Shown here piece after piece: positions 38,097 to 50,094 of a DNA stretch of 64,000 nt; positions within the stretch are counted from its first letter, which is position 1; each line of letters opens with the position of its first letter. The DNA lies in assembly GCF_006345805.1 (NCBI RefSeq), contig NC_043000.1, positions 31,620,001 to 31,684,000 of the forward strand. Direction: 5' to 3'. The notes beneath the pieces are model-generated. The model saw only the letters and a list, made by a program, of their open reading frames with translations. It made no database searches and was not told the origin of the DNA. The position numbers and the translations under genes are program-made. This stretch comes from Octopus sinensis. Lineage: Eukaryota.

Positions 38097-38424
38097 TAAA
38101 ATATTATTAGAGACAAAACCACTATTTTGCAAAACAAACAAGGAAAGACTTATCAATACATAAAATTTTAATAAATAGTCAAAAAAACGACTACAATCGT
38201 TTCTTGTCTTGATCGACAATCTTCAGGTGGACTTCAATAAGTCAGTTTCAATTATAATTATAATTTGAACTGACTTATTGAAGTCCACCTGAAGATGTCG
38301 ATCAAGACAAAAACGATTGTATGGCGGTTTTTTTGACTATTTATTAAAATTTTATGTATGATTAAGTCTTTCCTTGTTTGTTTTTTGTTTTGCAAAATAG
38401 TGGTTTGTCTCTAATAATATTTTA
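38097..38424. repeat. Long fold-back palindrome (~160-bp arms); each arm carries a hammerhead-like motif
   Basis: Arms mirror around ~38258; the left arm read on the minus strand gives CCAC-CTGAAGA-TTGTC-GATCAA-GACAA-GAAAC-GATT-GTA-GTCG (38230-38188). Confidence 0.9.
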
Positions 38425-38502
38425 TAATATTTTACTATAAAATTGGATTTAATCCTAAATCTGATTTTTTTTCCCTGTAATTTGGATTTATTCCCTAATA
38501 TT

Positions 38503-38565
<63 letters not shown>

Positions 38566-38976
38566 ATATAATGTGTGTGTGTGTGTGGTGTGTGTGTGTA
38601 CGACGAGCTTCTATACAACTTCAGTCTACCAAATCCACTCACAAGGCTTTGGTTGTCCCAGGGCTATAGAAAGAATACACTTGCCCATTGTGCCGCACAC
38701 TTATACTGAACGTAAAATCAGATGGTTGCAAAGCGACCACACACCCATCAGAATGACCCTCATGTAATTTGGAGAGATGCACTGATTGGATGGCCATCAG
38801 CTAAGGAATTTTACTCTGATGCTGTGTAGCGTTTATGTTAAAGCATCGCCCTTAAACCAATTTAATCACATAGCTTTATCATTATTACTGCCGAATGAAT
38901 TAACCTACAAAATGTTTTATGTTTTATCATCATTATCATTAAGATTGATAATAATAATAATAATAATAACAATAAC

Positions 38977-39059
<83 letters not shown>

Positions 39060-39208
39060 CATCATCTATTATATTTATTGTTGTTGTTATTGTTGTTGTT
39101 ATTATAATGCTATAGTTATTATATTGCTATTATTATTATTATTCCTCCTATTACTAATTTTGTGTCAATTTTTAAAATATTTTAGAAATCATTCTATTAT
39201 TATCATTT

Positions 39209-39269
<61 letters not shown>

Positions 39270-39281
39270 GACTACTACTAA

Positions 39282-39321
<40 letters not shown>

Positions 39322-39819
39322 ATGTTATAAATCATTATTTCTGATAGATTTCCCCTATAAATCTTATACACACAGACCTCTTTAATAACATATACAAATT
39401 GAACTGAGACCTGCTTCTTTTCTTTTGAATAGATTTATTCTATTTTGACAAGTAAAACTTTCCTTGGTTGGTTTCCAATGAAATATCTCGCCCCCTCCGT
39501 CCCTTTTTTCCCCCCTTTCCTTATTTTCTTCTCTCGCATAACCTTATCGCTGCTTCACAGAGAAAGCAGTGATTTCTTTAGATTTCTCTTCCTTTCATCT
39601 CATCATTTTTGTGGATGTGGGAAATGTTTATACTGATGTGCACCTATCTGTGTATGATGATGTGCATGAATGTGTGTGTGTGTGTGTGTGGTGTGTGTGT
39701 GTGTGTGTGTGTATGTGTGTGAATGAGTGTTCAGGGGTGCGTCACGTATTTGTGTGAGATACTGCTGACGAATGAACGTATATATATATGCACACATATC
39801 TGAGGATTTCAAACGTCAC

Positions 39820-39863
<44 letters not shown>

Positions 39864-40085
39864 ACACTCATACACACATACACATATATACACACACATG
39901 CAAATATAGATTTTTTAATTGAAACTGAAAGTGCGAGTTTGTGTCCCTAATCTTGTTTCACACCTGTGTGATCCACTGTGATCCTCAGGTGACAATTGTT
40001 ATGACTCGGTATTGGTACTTGGTAAACGTTTGGAGTGGTGCATGCGTGTGTGTGTGTGTGTGTGTGTGAGTGTGTGTGTGTGTGT

Positions 40086-40128
<43 letters not shown>

Positions 40129-40940
40129 GTGATCTATTGCTTGTTTTTGTTCATTGTGACGAGCTGGCAGAAACGTTTGCACGCCGGGCGAAACGCGTAG
40201 GCGTATTTCGTCTGCCGCTACGTTCTGAGTTCAAATTCCGCCGAGGTAGACTTTGCCTTTCATCCTTTCGGAGTCGATAAATTAAGTACCAGTTACGCAC
40301 TGGGGTCGATATAATCGACTTAATCCGTTTGTCTGTCCTTGTTTGTCCTCTCTGTGTTTAGCCCCTTGTCGGTAATAAAGAAACATATATATAGATATGT
40401 GTGTGAGGGGATGGAGGGAGAGAGATTTGAAGAAGATCTTCTGGATACTTTTAACTGTTTGCAAAAGAAAAACTTTGAAAACTAGAAAAACACGGACATT
40501 TTGAGATTGAAGCCCTGCGCAGGTATAAAGGGCGCATTTAGTACTTTTGTTTCAGGACATAAATGAGATAAGCTTCAAATCTTAATTCCTATCTAGGGCT
40601 TAATAAAAGCAATTTCATGTTAATGTTTGCTTTACAATTCAAAATGTATTGAGTCCTCTACTATAAAACTGTTTATTTCGTTTCTGACTTCAGTTTCGTG
40701 TGTGTGTTTCTATGTATGTATGCTGTCCACTCAAGAAAGCACACAGTAAATTATCCATCAGTACTCGATCAAACTTATTCCTTAACTTGTTCCATTTGCC
40801 TAAAGGTTTGCAAGGCACCAACAGGCCTCAAGAGACACATTCGTATCCATAGAACAGGATTGCTACTTTATTTTACTGTATCCTCATTTGTCGTTCACAA
40901 GTGAATCCACCATATATATATATATGTGTGTGTGTGTGTG

Positions 40941-40994
<54 letters not shown>

Positions 40995-41496
40995 TATTTA
41001 GTATAGAAATTTTTAATACAATGCTAATGATAATATATTTAAATTTATATTAAATCTTAGAGCGAGTTATAAACAGTAGCTACAACAGATCGTGACGTAT
41101 ATTTGCCATTTAAATATGGCTAACCCCAAAGGGTGGATGCTACTGTAGTTTGTAGCCCCAGGAGGACACCTCCTCCAGCTGGGTACAGACACACTTTCTG
41201 TGCCCTATCAGTATTTGCAAAGGGAAACCATCCTTCCCGTCTCCAACTTATGATACACACAGTCTCGAGTTTCTGGGTATTGACCCGTCATCGGCGTGTG
41301 ACAATCACAGTTGTCGATGAAAAGTAGGTTCCCTTCACAAATACATATACTTTTTTCAGTATCGTAATGACACTGATATCGAAAAAGTGTAAACAAGCAA
41401 TAATAAATGACAAATATACGTCACTAAATTTATATTATAATATAGATAATATCTTTCAGTATTAATTGAATTACTTTATGGAGGTTCTATTTCTTA

Positions 41497-43161
41497 GCAG
41501 CAATAAATGAGGTCAAATACTACTCTGCTGTAGGCCCTGATAGATTCCCCGCTAGTCTCCTGAAGGAATGTAGACACCAACTTGCAGTCCCTCTGACCAA
41601 CCTCTGGAGAAATTCGTTAGACGCAGGTTATATACCGAAACAGTTTCTATCCCAGTCAGTCAACCCGGTTTTCAAACAGGGAAACAGATCCATCACACTC
41701 AACTATCGCCCAATCTCACTCACCTCCCACGTCATTAAAGTGTTTGAAAGAGTGTTAAGATCAAGGATAGCTGACTTCCTGGAGACCCACAAACTCCTAA
41801 ATGCAAATCAGCATGGCTTTCGCTGTGGCAGGGACTGTCTAACACAACTCTTACACCACATTGAAGATGTACTCAAAGCCTTGGGAACAGGCTCGAACTC
41901 TGACGTCATATATCTTGACTTCAGTAAAGCGTTCGACAGGGTAGACCATAATATCCTACTCTCAAAATTGGCAAATGTTGGAATCCGTGGAAAAGTTCTA
42001 CACTGGATTAAGTATTTCCTGGCGAATAGAACACAACATGTTGTAGTTGATGGAGTCCACTCAAGCCCAGCAAAAGTCACCAGCGGTATCCCCCAGGGGA
42101 CTGTCTTGGGTCCGCTACTCTTCATAATTTACATAAACGACCTTTCCAGTGTCGTACTTTACTGCAAAGTGAAAATATTTGCTGATGACACTAAGCTCCA
42201 GCAAATCGTCAATGAAGAAGCAGACCGAACTCAACTCCAGTCTGATCTATATGCTGTGAGTCAATGGGCAGACAGAAACAAAATGCAAGTGAACGAGGGA
42301 AAATTTGAGCTGATGCATTTTGGAAGAAATTCCTCACTAAAACAGCCATACTCTCTTCCTTCAGGGGAACCGCTCACAGCCTCTAACAATATCAGAGACC
42401 TGGGTGTAATTGTTGATGAAGATCTCAGTTGGAGTGCACCCATCAACAAGAAGGTCGATATAGCTCGTAGGATGAGTTCCTGGATCTTAAGAACTTTCCG
42501 GTCCAGAGAACAAGGTGTCATCATACCACTTTTCTCCTCCTTTGTACGGCCACACCTCGAATACTGCTGCCCACTGTGGTCTCCCCATACAAGACAAAAC
42601 ATCTCGAGGATTGAGTCACCCCAGAGGGCACTCACTAAACGAATTGAAGGCATGGCTGCTCTCGATTATTGGGATCGCCTTAAAGCCTTGAAACTTTACT
42701 CTCTCCACCGTCGCCGTGAGCGGTACATCATTTGTACGATGTGGAGAATATACCGCCAACTTTGCCCAAACGACCTGAACATTAGCTTCAAGGTTCATCC
42801 AAGACTGGGACCACGGACCATACGTCCCCTGCCCAATTCAAGATCACAGCATACATGTACACTGCAACATAATTTCTTTTCCTCAACAGGCCCTACCCTA
42901 TTTAACATTGTCCCGAAAGAGATCAAAGAGGAAAAGGATCCCATCAACTTTAAACGAAGTCTGGATAGATTCCTTCAAAGAATACCAGATAAGCCACCCA
43001 TGATTGGATACAACTCACCCAACAAGAACTCACTACTTGAATGGACCATAAACAAAACTTGACTTAAACAGGATTCGAATAATCCTATCAGGTGGTGCTA
43101 TTGAGTTAGACATGGCCTGGACCAATCTTTGGTCGAAACATATCTAAGTTTATCTAAGTTT
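41497..43161 (+). mobile_element. CR1-group (jockey superclade) LINE, 5'-truncated, with an intact RT reading frame and 3' UTR
   Basis: Frame open from ~41470 to the stop at 43062: SAVGPD, NYRPISLTSHVIKVFE, NQHGFR, YLDFSKAFDRVDH, SGIPQGTVLGPLLFIIYINDL, IFADDTKL, RDLGV, VRPHLEYC..WSP; tail (TATCTAAGTT)2. Confidence 0.93.
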
Positions 43162-43399
43162 ATATATATATAAAGATAGGTCTATGAACAACAAGCAAGT
43201 GTATTAGATTGACGCTCGGGAAAAATGAAAAAGTCTTTTACGTTTGAAGCCTACGCTCTTCAACAGAAAGGAACATGAGAAAATACACACACATACACAC
43301 ACATACCTCACATACATACAAAACCATGCATGCTTGCATATACAGAGACAAGCAGACAGGCAGGCAAGCTGGCAGCGAGCTACCTAGCTAGCCAGCGAG

Positions 43400-43581
<182 letters not shown>

Positions 43582-43739
43582 TCATAGTGACTACATTATT
43601 GGCTGCTATATCTGTTGTAGGCGTTGTATTTGATGTTCTTATACGTAAAGTTTCCGAATTCAAAAAAATTGACGTAGCATACGTAGATGTGAGGGGCCTA
43701 GTCGCCGGATAGTCCATTGTTTACAGAAAAACAAACTTA

Positions 43740-44140
43740 GGTGCAGGAGTGGCTGTGTGGTAAGTAGCTTGCTTACCAACCATATTGTTCCGGATTCATT
43801 GGCACTTTGGGCAAGTGTCTTCTACTATAGTTTCGGCCCGACCAGAGCCTTGTGAGTGGATTTGGTAGACGGAAACTGAAACCAGTCGTATATATGTATA
43901 TATATATATATGTATGTGTGTGCGTGTGTGTGTGCGTGTGTGTTTGTGTTTGTCCCCCCCCCCCAACATCGCTTGACAACCGCTGCTGGTGTGTTACGTC
44001 CCCGTAACTTAGCGGTTCGGCAAAAGACACCGATAGAATAAGTACTAGGCTTACAAAGAATAAGTCCTGGGGTCGATTTGCTCGATTAAAGGCGGTGCTC
44101 CAGCATGGCCGCAGTCAAATGACTGAAACAAATAAAAGAA
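43740..44140 (+). mobile_element. SINE family B, full-length reference copy
   Basis: GGTGCAGGAGTGGCTGTGTGGTAAGTAGC head; TTGGGCAAGTGTCTTC; internal (TA)(TG) spacer; tail GGCGGTGCTCCAGCATGGCCGCAGTCAAATGACTGAAAC. Confidence 0.88.
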
Positions 44141-44253
44141 TAAGTAACTATATCCGCCATGTTTTTCCCTGAAAGAAGGATTTACAAGAAACATTATAAT
44201 TCACATTCATCACTTGAAAATTTATGAAACAACTTTATTATTATTATTATTAT

Positions 44254-44333
<80 letters not shown>

Positions 44334-44981
44334 CAGGCGAAAATCGGAACTGTCTTCTATGGGAATCTTTACTAGTTTCCTCTAAACTTACTGTTTCCCT
44401 CACAAATCAAAAAACATTTAACACAAAATTCATTATTAAGTATTTGCTGTCGTTTTCTTCGTTTCTTCTTTATTTATTGTAATTTCCAGGAGAATCTTGT
44501 GATTTGTATTCTATGCTAGATTTGTGTATGTCTGTGCCTGTTTCATGATGTTCTTTTCCAGATGTGGCTTATTGTATACAAACTTTCGCTGTTTAGACAT
44601 GTGGGCGTTACATACAAGATGTTGATACCTTATAAAAGATTTCGTTACTCTATAAACAATGTCAGAGTTTTAGAGGAAATATCGATGTTTGTACAAGATT
44701 TCCATGTTTCCTACAAGACATAATGTGGGTGAAATACCTCGGATATCGATGTACTTGTGCGCTTTCTTTTCTTTCAGATCTATTTTCGTTGTTGTTATTT
44801 AACCCCCAGGCCAACTCTGATATTCCAAACTTACGACATAAAGCGTTCTAACCGAGACCATCTCATCATTCATTTATTTCAGACTGCTTTATCCTATATG
44901 TCTTGTTTTTTGAAAATGGCGGATTGTAATCTATGAAATAATTGGTTAATAATTTTAACAGTTCAATCGACTATTTAAAAG

Positions 44982-45041
<60 letters not shown>

Positions 45042-46284
45042 ATTTTACTCTCTTTCTCCCTCTCTATCTCTCTTTCTCTGTTTCTCTGTCCGTTTATGTC
45101 TCTGTCTCTCTCTCGAATTCTTAGTTAATTCTTACGTTAACATTAATGTCTGTTGAGTTTATCATGTTTCGTGTTAGCATTAGAAATGTCTTGACTTAGG
45201 ATCTTTCTCTTCTTCAACCAACCAGTTGACATACTTTCAGGTGGAAAGAGTATTTTCGTGACAAGAACATCATGAGATTATTTTCATTTCGTCTTCTTCT
45301 TTCTACTTCTTGTTCGTTCACTAAAGCTTTCTTCTATACAAGATTCTCTCCATAACCGTAAGAAATAGAAACGGTAACACCTTCAAGCGAAAACTAATTA
45401 ACTCCTTTTTTTCCATTACAAAGGAAGCAGGTCATTTTTCCAGAAACTGTCTTAGAACAGGCAACATTCTTAGAGTCTTGTATAATTTCTATTGTTCTTT
45501 TTTGTTCTTGAATTTTTGTGCTTTTTCTCTTTCAATGTTCATCTGTTTCAGTTTTTCGCTTTCGTTTCTTTGATTCATAAATGTTCTCGCTTGATTTTAT
45601 TTCATTTTATTTTATTTCATTCTAAGAAGGTATACTTTATATTCATCAAACTGTCACTATTGTGGTTCTATCAGTTCTGTTAACTGTAGATGCTGAATTT
45701 CTTTAAAGTTTATCGACCGAACACTGTCAGGGTGCCCAATGCTTCGCGTCCATTATTCTGTTTCAATGTGGACATATAGAACTGTACACCATTCTTCAAT
45801 ATTTATATAAGCCTTTCACTTCCATGGAAATAATTTTACAAAACTCTTCAATGTCAAAATCTATTACGTATTTCGAATTCTTGTCAACATATTTTCTTTT
45901 TCGTTCAAACTGTAAACAGCAGCAGATATCACTGCCACGTAACACAGTGGGATAGAATTCGCATTCAACCTCCTTGCTAGTTTTTATTTAAATGTTTCAA
46001 TGTAAGAATCTGTACGTATAAGTTTATGTTTATGTGTGTATGTGAAGGTGTGTGTGTGTGTGTGTGTTTTCACGATTTCCATTGATATGGTAATAATGTC
46101 CTATAACAAACATCAGTTAAACGTTGTGTAGAGAAAAACGTGGGCCGCTGTCAAAATGAGACAGGTTGCTCGTTCTGTTGGATGACGGTAGACCTCAGTT
46201 ACACGGCAACAACAAAACCAATTGAAAACGCTTCATTTTACTTACAACACTGAAACCTTTGGGATAAGCATAGCTGCTACAGCA

Positions 46285-46663
46285 GGAGGCGCAATGGCCC
46301 AGTGGTTAGAGCAGCGGACTCGCGGTCGGAGGATCACGGTTTCGATTCCCAGACCGGGCGTTGTGTGTGTTTATTGAGCGAAAACACCTAAAGCTCCAAG
46401 AGGCTCCGGCAGGGGTCGTGGCGACCCCTATTATACTCTTTCGCTCCAACTTTCTCTCACTCTTTCTTTTTGTTTCTTGTCTCCGACTTCCTACGCAACC
46501 GCTGAGCCTGGATGCGCATTCATCCATCCGTCAATGCTCTCGGTGTCGGGGGTTGACCTGCTTTCTCTTCTGCGGGTCTTACGAATAGCAAAGGACCACG
46601 TTTCGGACTTCTCCCATCTTGAAAGCTCTGGGACGAAGACCGTTCGCTCAGCTCAACAGCAAC
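46285..46663 (+). mobile_element. SINE family A, full length, with a 13-bp target-site duplication
   Basis: AGCTGCTACAGCA at 46272-46284 and 46664-46676; head GGAGGCGCAATGGCCCAGTGGTTAGAGCAGCGG...GTTTCGATTCCC. Confidence 0.92.
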
Positions 46664-47474
46664 AGCTGCTACAGCAACCCATTGCCGATCGATCTTCTTC
46701 CAGGATGAAAGAATCAAATAACATCAGCTAAATACAAATTTATATTATAACTGTTGGATTAGGTGGCTAGATGGCAGAATCATTAGCACGCCGGAAAAAA
46801 TGCTTAGCGGCCGTTCGTCCGTCTCCATGTTCTGAATTCTAATTCTGCCGAAGTCGACTTTGCATTTCCTCCTTTCGGGTCGGGAAAACAAGTACCAGTT
46901 GAGCACTGGGGTCGATGTAATCGACTAGACCCCTTCCTCAAATTTCAGTCCTTGTCTATTGTGTAAAAGGGATATTATAACTTTTGGTATGATAAGGATG
47001 GAAAATAGTTATTTTTCCAGTCATAGCCCTAAGAGCAATGATATGTTTGTTAAAGGATTGGTTTCGTTTGGCACCAATCAAATCATCAATGTAGCTACAC
47101 AAGTCGGCCGAGAATTCTTAGACTAGCACAGGGATAGGGCAGAAGGCAAATAACCGAGAGATGAAGAGTACTTTTTATCTTGACACTATCACCAAACACA
47201 GTAAATGAGGGTAAGGGTGGGACGATTGAGCGTACAATTGCCCTTTATAAGTAACGCTGTGATATTGATGAATATTTAGTCAACAAACAGTACTAGGTTG
47301 TCGTGCTTCATTACCGTAGCATCTTATGCAGACTCGGTGTGGGGTGAAGGTGGGGCTCACACTTAACGCTACCAAAACCGGAATTTTCATAATTCGAAAC
47401 ACTGATTACCAATAACAACGAAACTAAAATCATGAGGCAACAACACCAAGCAATCGCTCGACATACTTTTCTTT

Positions 47475-47870
47475 CAAACATTCAATTTTGGAGAGAATTT
47501 TTTGATGAAATGTAGTTCCATTGCTTTTCAGTATTGCGGATCTTCCCGTGCACATTTGTAAAAATAAAAATTTTGAATTTTTCGTCGCTGCATATTTCCA
47601 GATGCTTACTTAATGGAATCTTGAGAAATTCATCTTGTCGGATATGTTACCTGTGGATTCTTGCATGTTGGCAGAGGGAATTATTTGTTTTACCAATGTA
47701 ATTTTCTTTTCCAGTTTGGTAATGCAGTATATGAGGTTTTGCGTTTTGCAACTCATATCTGCATTTATTTTGAAAAGGGATCCGCTCTTGAATTCTATGT
47801 GGGAACCTCTTTCCAAGTATTTGAAGTTGTTGATGTTGTTGCATGTTTCACATCTCCTATTTCCACATTC

Positions 47871-47872
<2 letters not shown>
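47475..47872 (-). mobile_element. Penelope-like GIY-YIG relic (second copy, frameshifted)
   Basis: KECGNRRCETC; FKINADMSCKTQNLIYCIT; KENYIGKTNNSL..HARIHR; KHLEICS; MELHFIKKFSPKLNV*. Confidence 0.82.
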
Positions 47873-47945
<73 letters not shown>

Positions 47946-49594
47946 ATTGATCAAAATTATACAAAAACGAAAAACTAGAGACAGGTGAGGGAGCAACAAA
48001 CAGGGTGTAATAGTTTGACATTCTGGAAAAATGAAAGAAGCCCTCAGCATTTTGAGATTACGCCGTTCTGCAGAAAGCAATGATGAGAAAAACTGACAGA
48101 GAGAAGAACAAGACTGGCTTCTATCAGTTCCACTTGCAAGACAATGATCGGGCCGGGGCTATAGCAGAAGACACTTACCAAAGATGCCACGAAGTGGGAC
48201 CCAAACCGAAACTAACTTCTTAACACAGTGCGCCTACGTCCAATGTTAATTCGTTTTCAAAATTTGCTATGTAATTCACCCGATGTTATATTTAATTGCA
48301 CTGTCAAGGATTCGAATCTATGTCAATAGCAAAAACACTTAAACATTCGTTGTCCCGTATTTGAAACTCAGACCTCTTGCTTACATGCTTGATACTTTAG
48401 AACATTGGACATATGCACTCTCAAATTCACTATACGTACCAAGAGCCAAGAGCTGTCGGCCTTGTTTTAATTCCAGATCATGGAGATTGATGATCAACCC
48501 ACCATTTTTTCTTCGGCATTCTTCCGTTCTAAGTTGTTTGCCGATCAAGATAAACCCCTGAATTTGAACCTGGATAATTCCTCTCCAGAGAGATGGTTAG
48601 TGCAAGATTGCTTTCTTTTTGTGTGTGAAGGACACCCCTTTTCTGCCCACCACTAATGTTGCCCAAAAGATTTATAAGTATTGCTACCACTTGGTCCGTG
48701 TCTTGTTGCGAGTGAACTTAGAAACGTGGGACCGAAAGAAATACCACAAGGCAATTTTGTCCAAACGTTATAACAATTCCACATTCCTGGAATGGTATTT
48801 TCTTTTATGGGCCCTGGTCGGACAAGAGACAAAGCTGTCTTCGGTGGAGACTTTTGAACCCAGAGCCTAAACAACCCAAACACATACTGCAACGCATTTT
48901 ATCTGATGCTTCAGCAATTCTATGAATCCCTCCCCCATTAGGCATAAGATATCGAGGACTACATCTACCAATATGTCGTTTTTTTAAGACAGTAAGGTGC
49001 GATTTGAGGGGAAACTGGTAGCTATTTCTACTAGATTGATCGGCCACGTATATTTCCTCTCTTTGACTTGTGCTTTTAAAAGGTTGTTCTTTTTTTCTTT
49101 TCGAAACGTCTCCCCCTTCCCCGCAGCTGCTTCTACGTCACTGCTACAAGACAGACTGTGTAGAACTATGTAGACAAGCTCGATATTTTATTTGAAAAAT
49201 CTGTATAACAGTAATGCCAGGAACAACAGAAAACTTAATGAGATATAAGTTGATTGCAAATTTAATTAAATCTCAGACCAGATTAACTTAGCTATAAAGT
49301 TTGGAATAACAATGTCTTTGAAACAGAATATCTGGAAGAATGGTGGATTTTTTTAAAAATCATTGACAATACCTTCTCTCAGTTTTGTTCAAATATAATT
49401 CAATCAATGATTTTCAAGACAGATATAGAATCTCTTATCCAAACACACAGTTATCGAAGGCATGAAGTAGTTATAGATTCAGTGTGAAATCATCTGAAGG
49501 CGATGCTGCAGTATGACCGCAGTCTGAGAACTGAAAGAAATAAAACGATAAGAGAATATGCTACTATATACATTCGTTTATATGTACACATACT

Positions 49595-49626
<32 letters not shown>

Positions 49627-50051
49627 TGTATGTATGTATGTATGTATGTATGTATGTATGTATGTATGTATATGTGTGTGTGTGTGTGTGTGTGTATAAA
49701 ATCCGAGTGTAGTCGTATATAAGATGTTCATGAATATCCAGGCGTGAGATCTTTCGCTGTAGAAATATTCGCGAAAGAAATTTCTCCACATAAAATGTGT
49801 GAAAACACATTAGGTTATTAGTGACACCATCGGACCGCTGGATGTCTACGTTTCTACGTTGTTGGACGTCGTCAGCTACATATTCCTAATCTATCCTTAA
49901 GAGAATTATAAGATTGATGATTCTTATATCTAAGAACAACAGTTAAGGCCAGTGTTTCTATAGGCTCATGCGTATAGGCCAGTTTCTCTATTGGCTACCA
50001 ATTTTCTATAAGAACAGTTCTTGGTAGGGTATGGACGATGGTTTCAGCATC

Positions 50052-50094
50052 CGTAGCTGATGAGGTGTAACGACTCAGAAACATGTGTCTTATG
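50052..50094 (+). ncRNA. Degenerate minimal hammerhead-like motif
   Basis: CGTAG-CTGATGA-GGT-GTAACG-ACT-CA-GAAAC-ATGT-GTC-TTATG; stem I CGTAG/TTATG pairs with G.U wobbles. Confidence 0.45.

Noticed and set aside
44104-44135. SINE/LINE tail stem-loop + GAAAC as a hammerhead half
   Set aside because: It lacks a CUGANGA-like core upstream; treated as a LINE recognition hairpin instead.
46285-46360. tRNA-like heads here and at 22858-22920 as true tRNA genes
   Set aside because: They continue into SINE bodies, with a TSD at the 46-kb copy, and lack a complete cloverleaf and a poly-T terminator.
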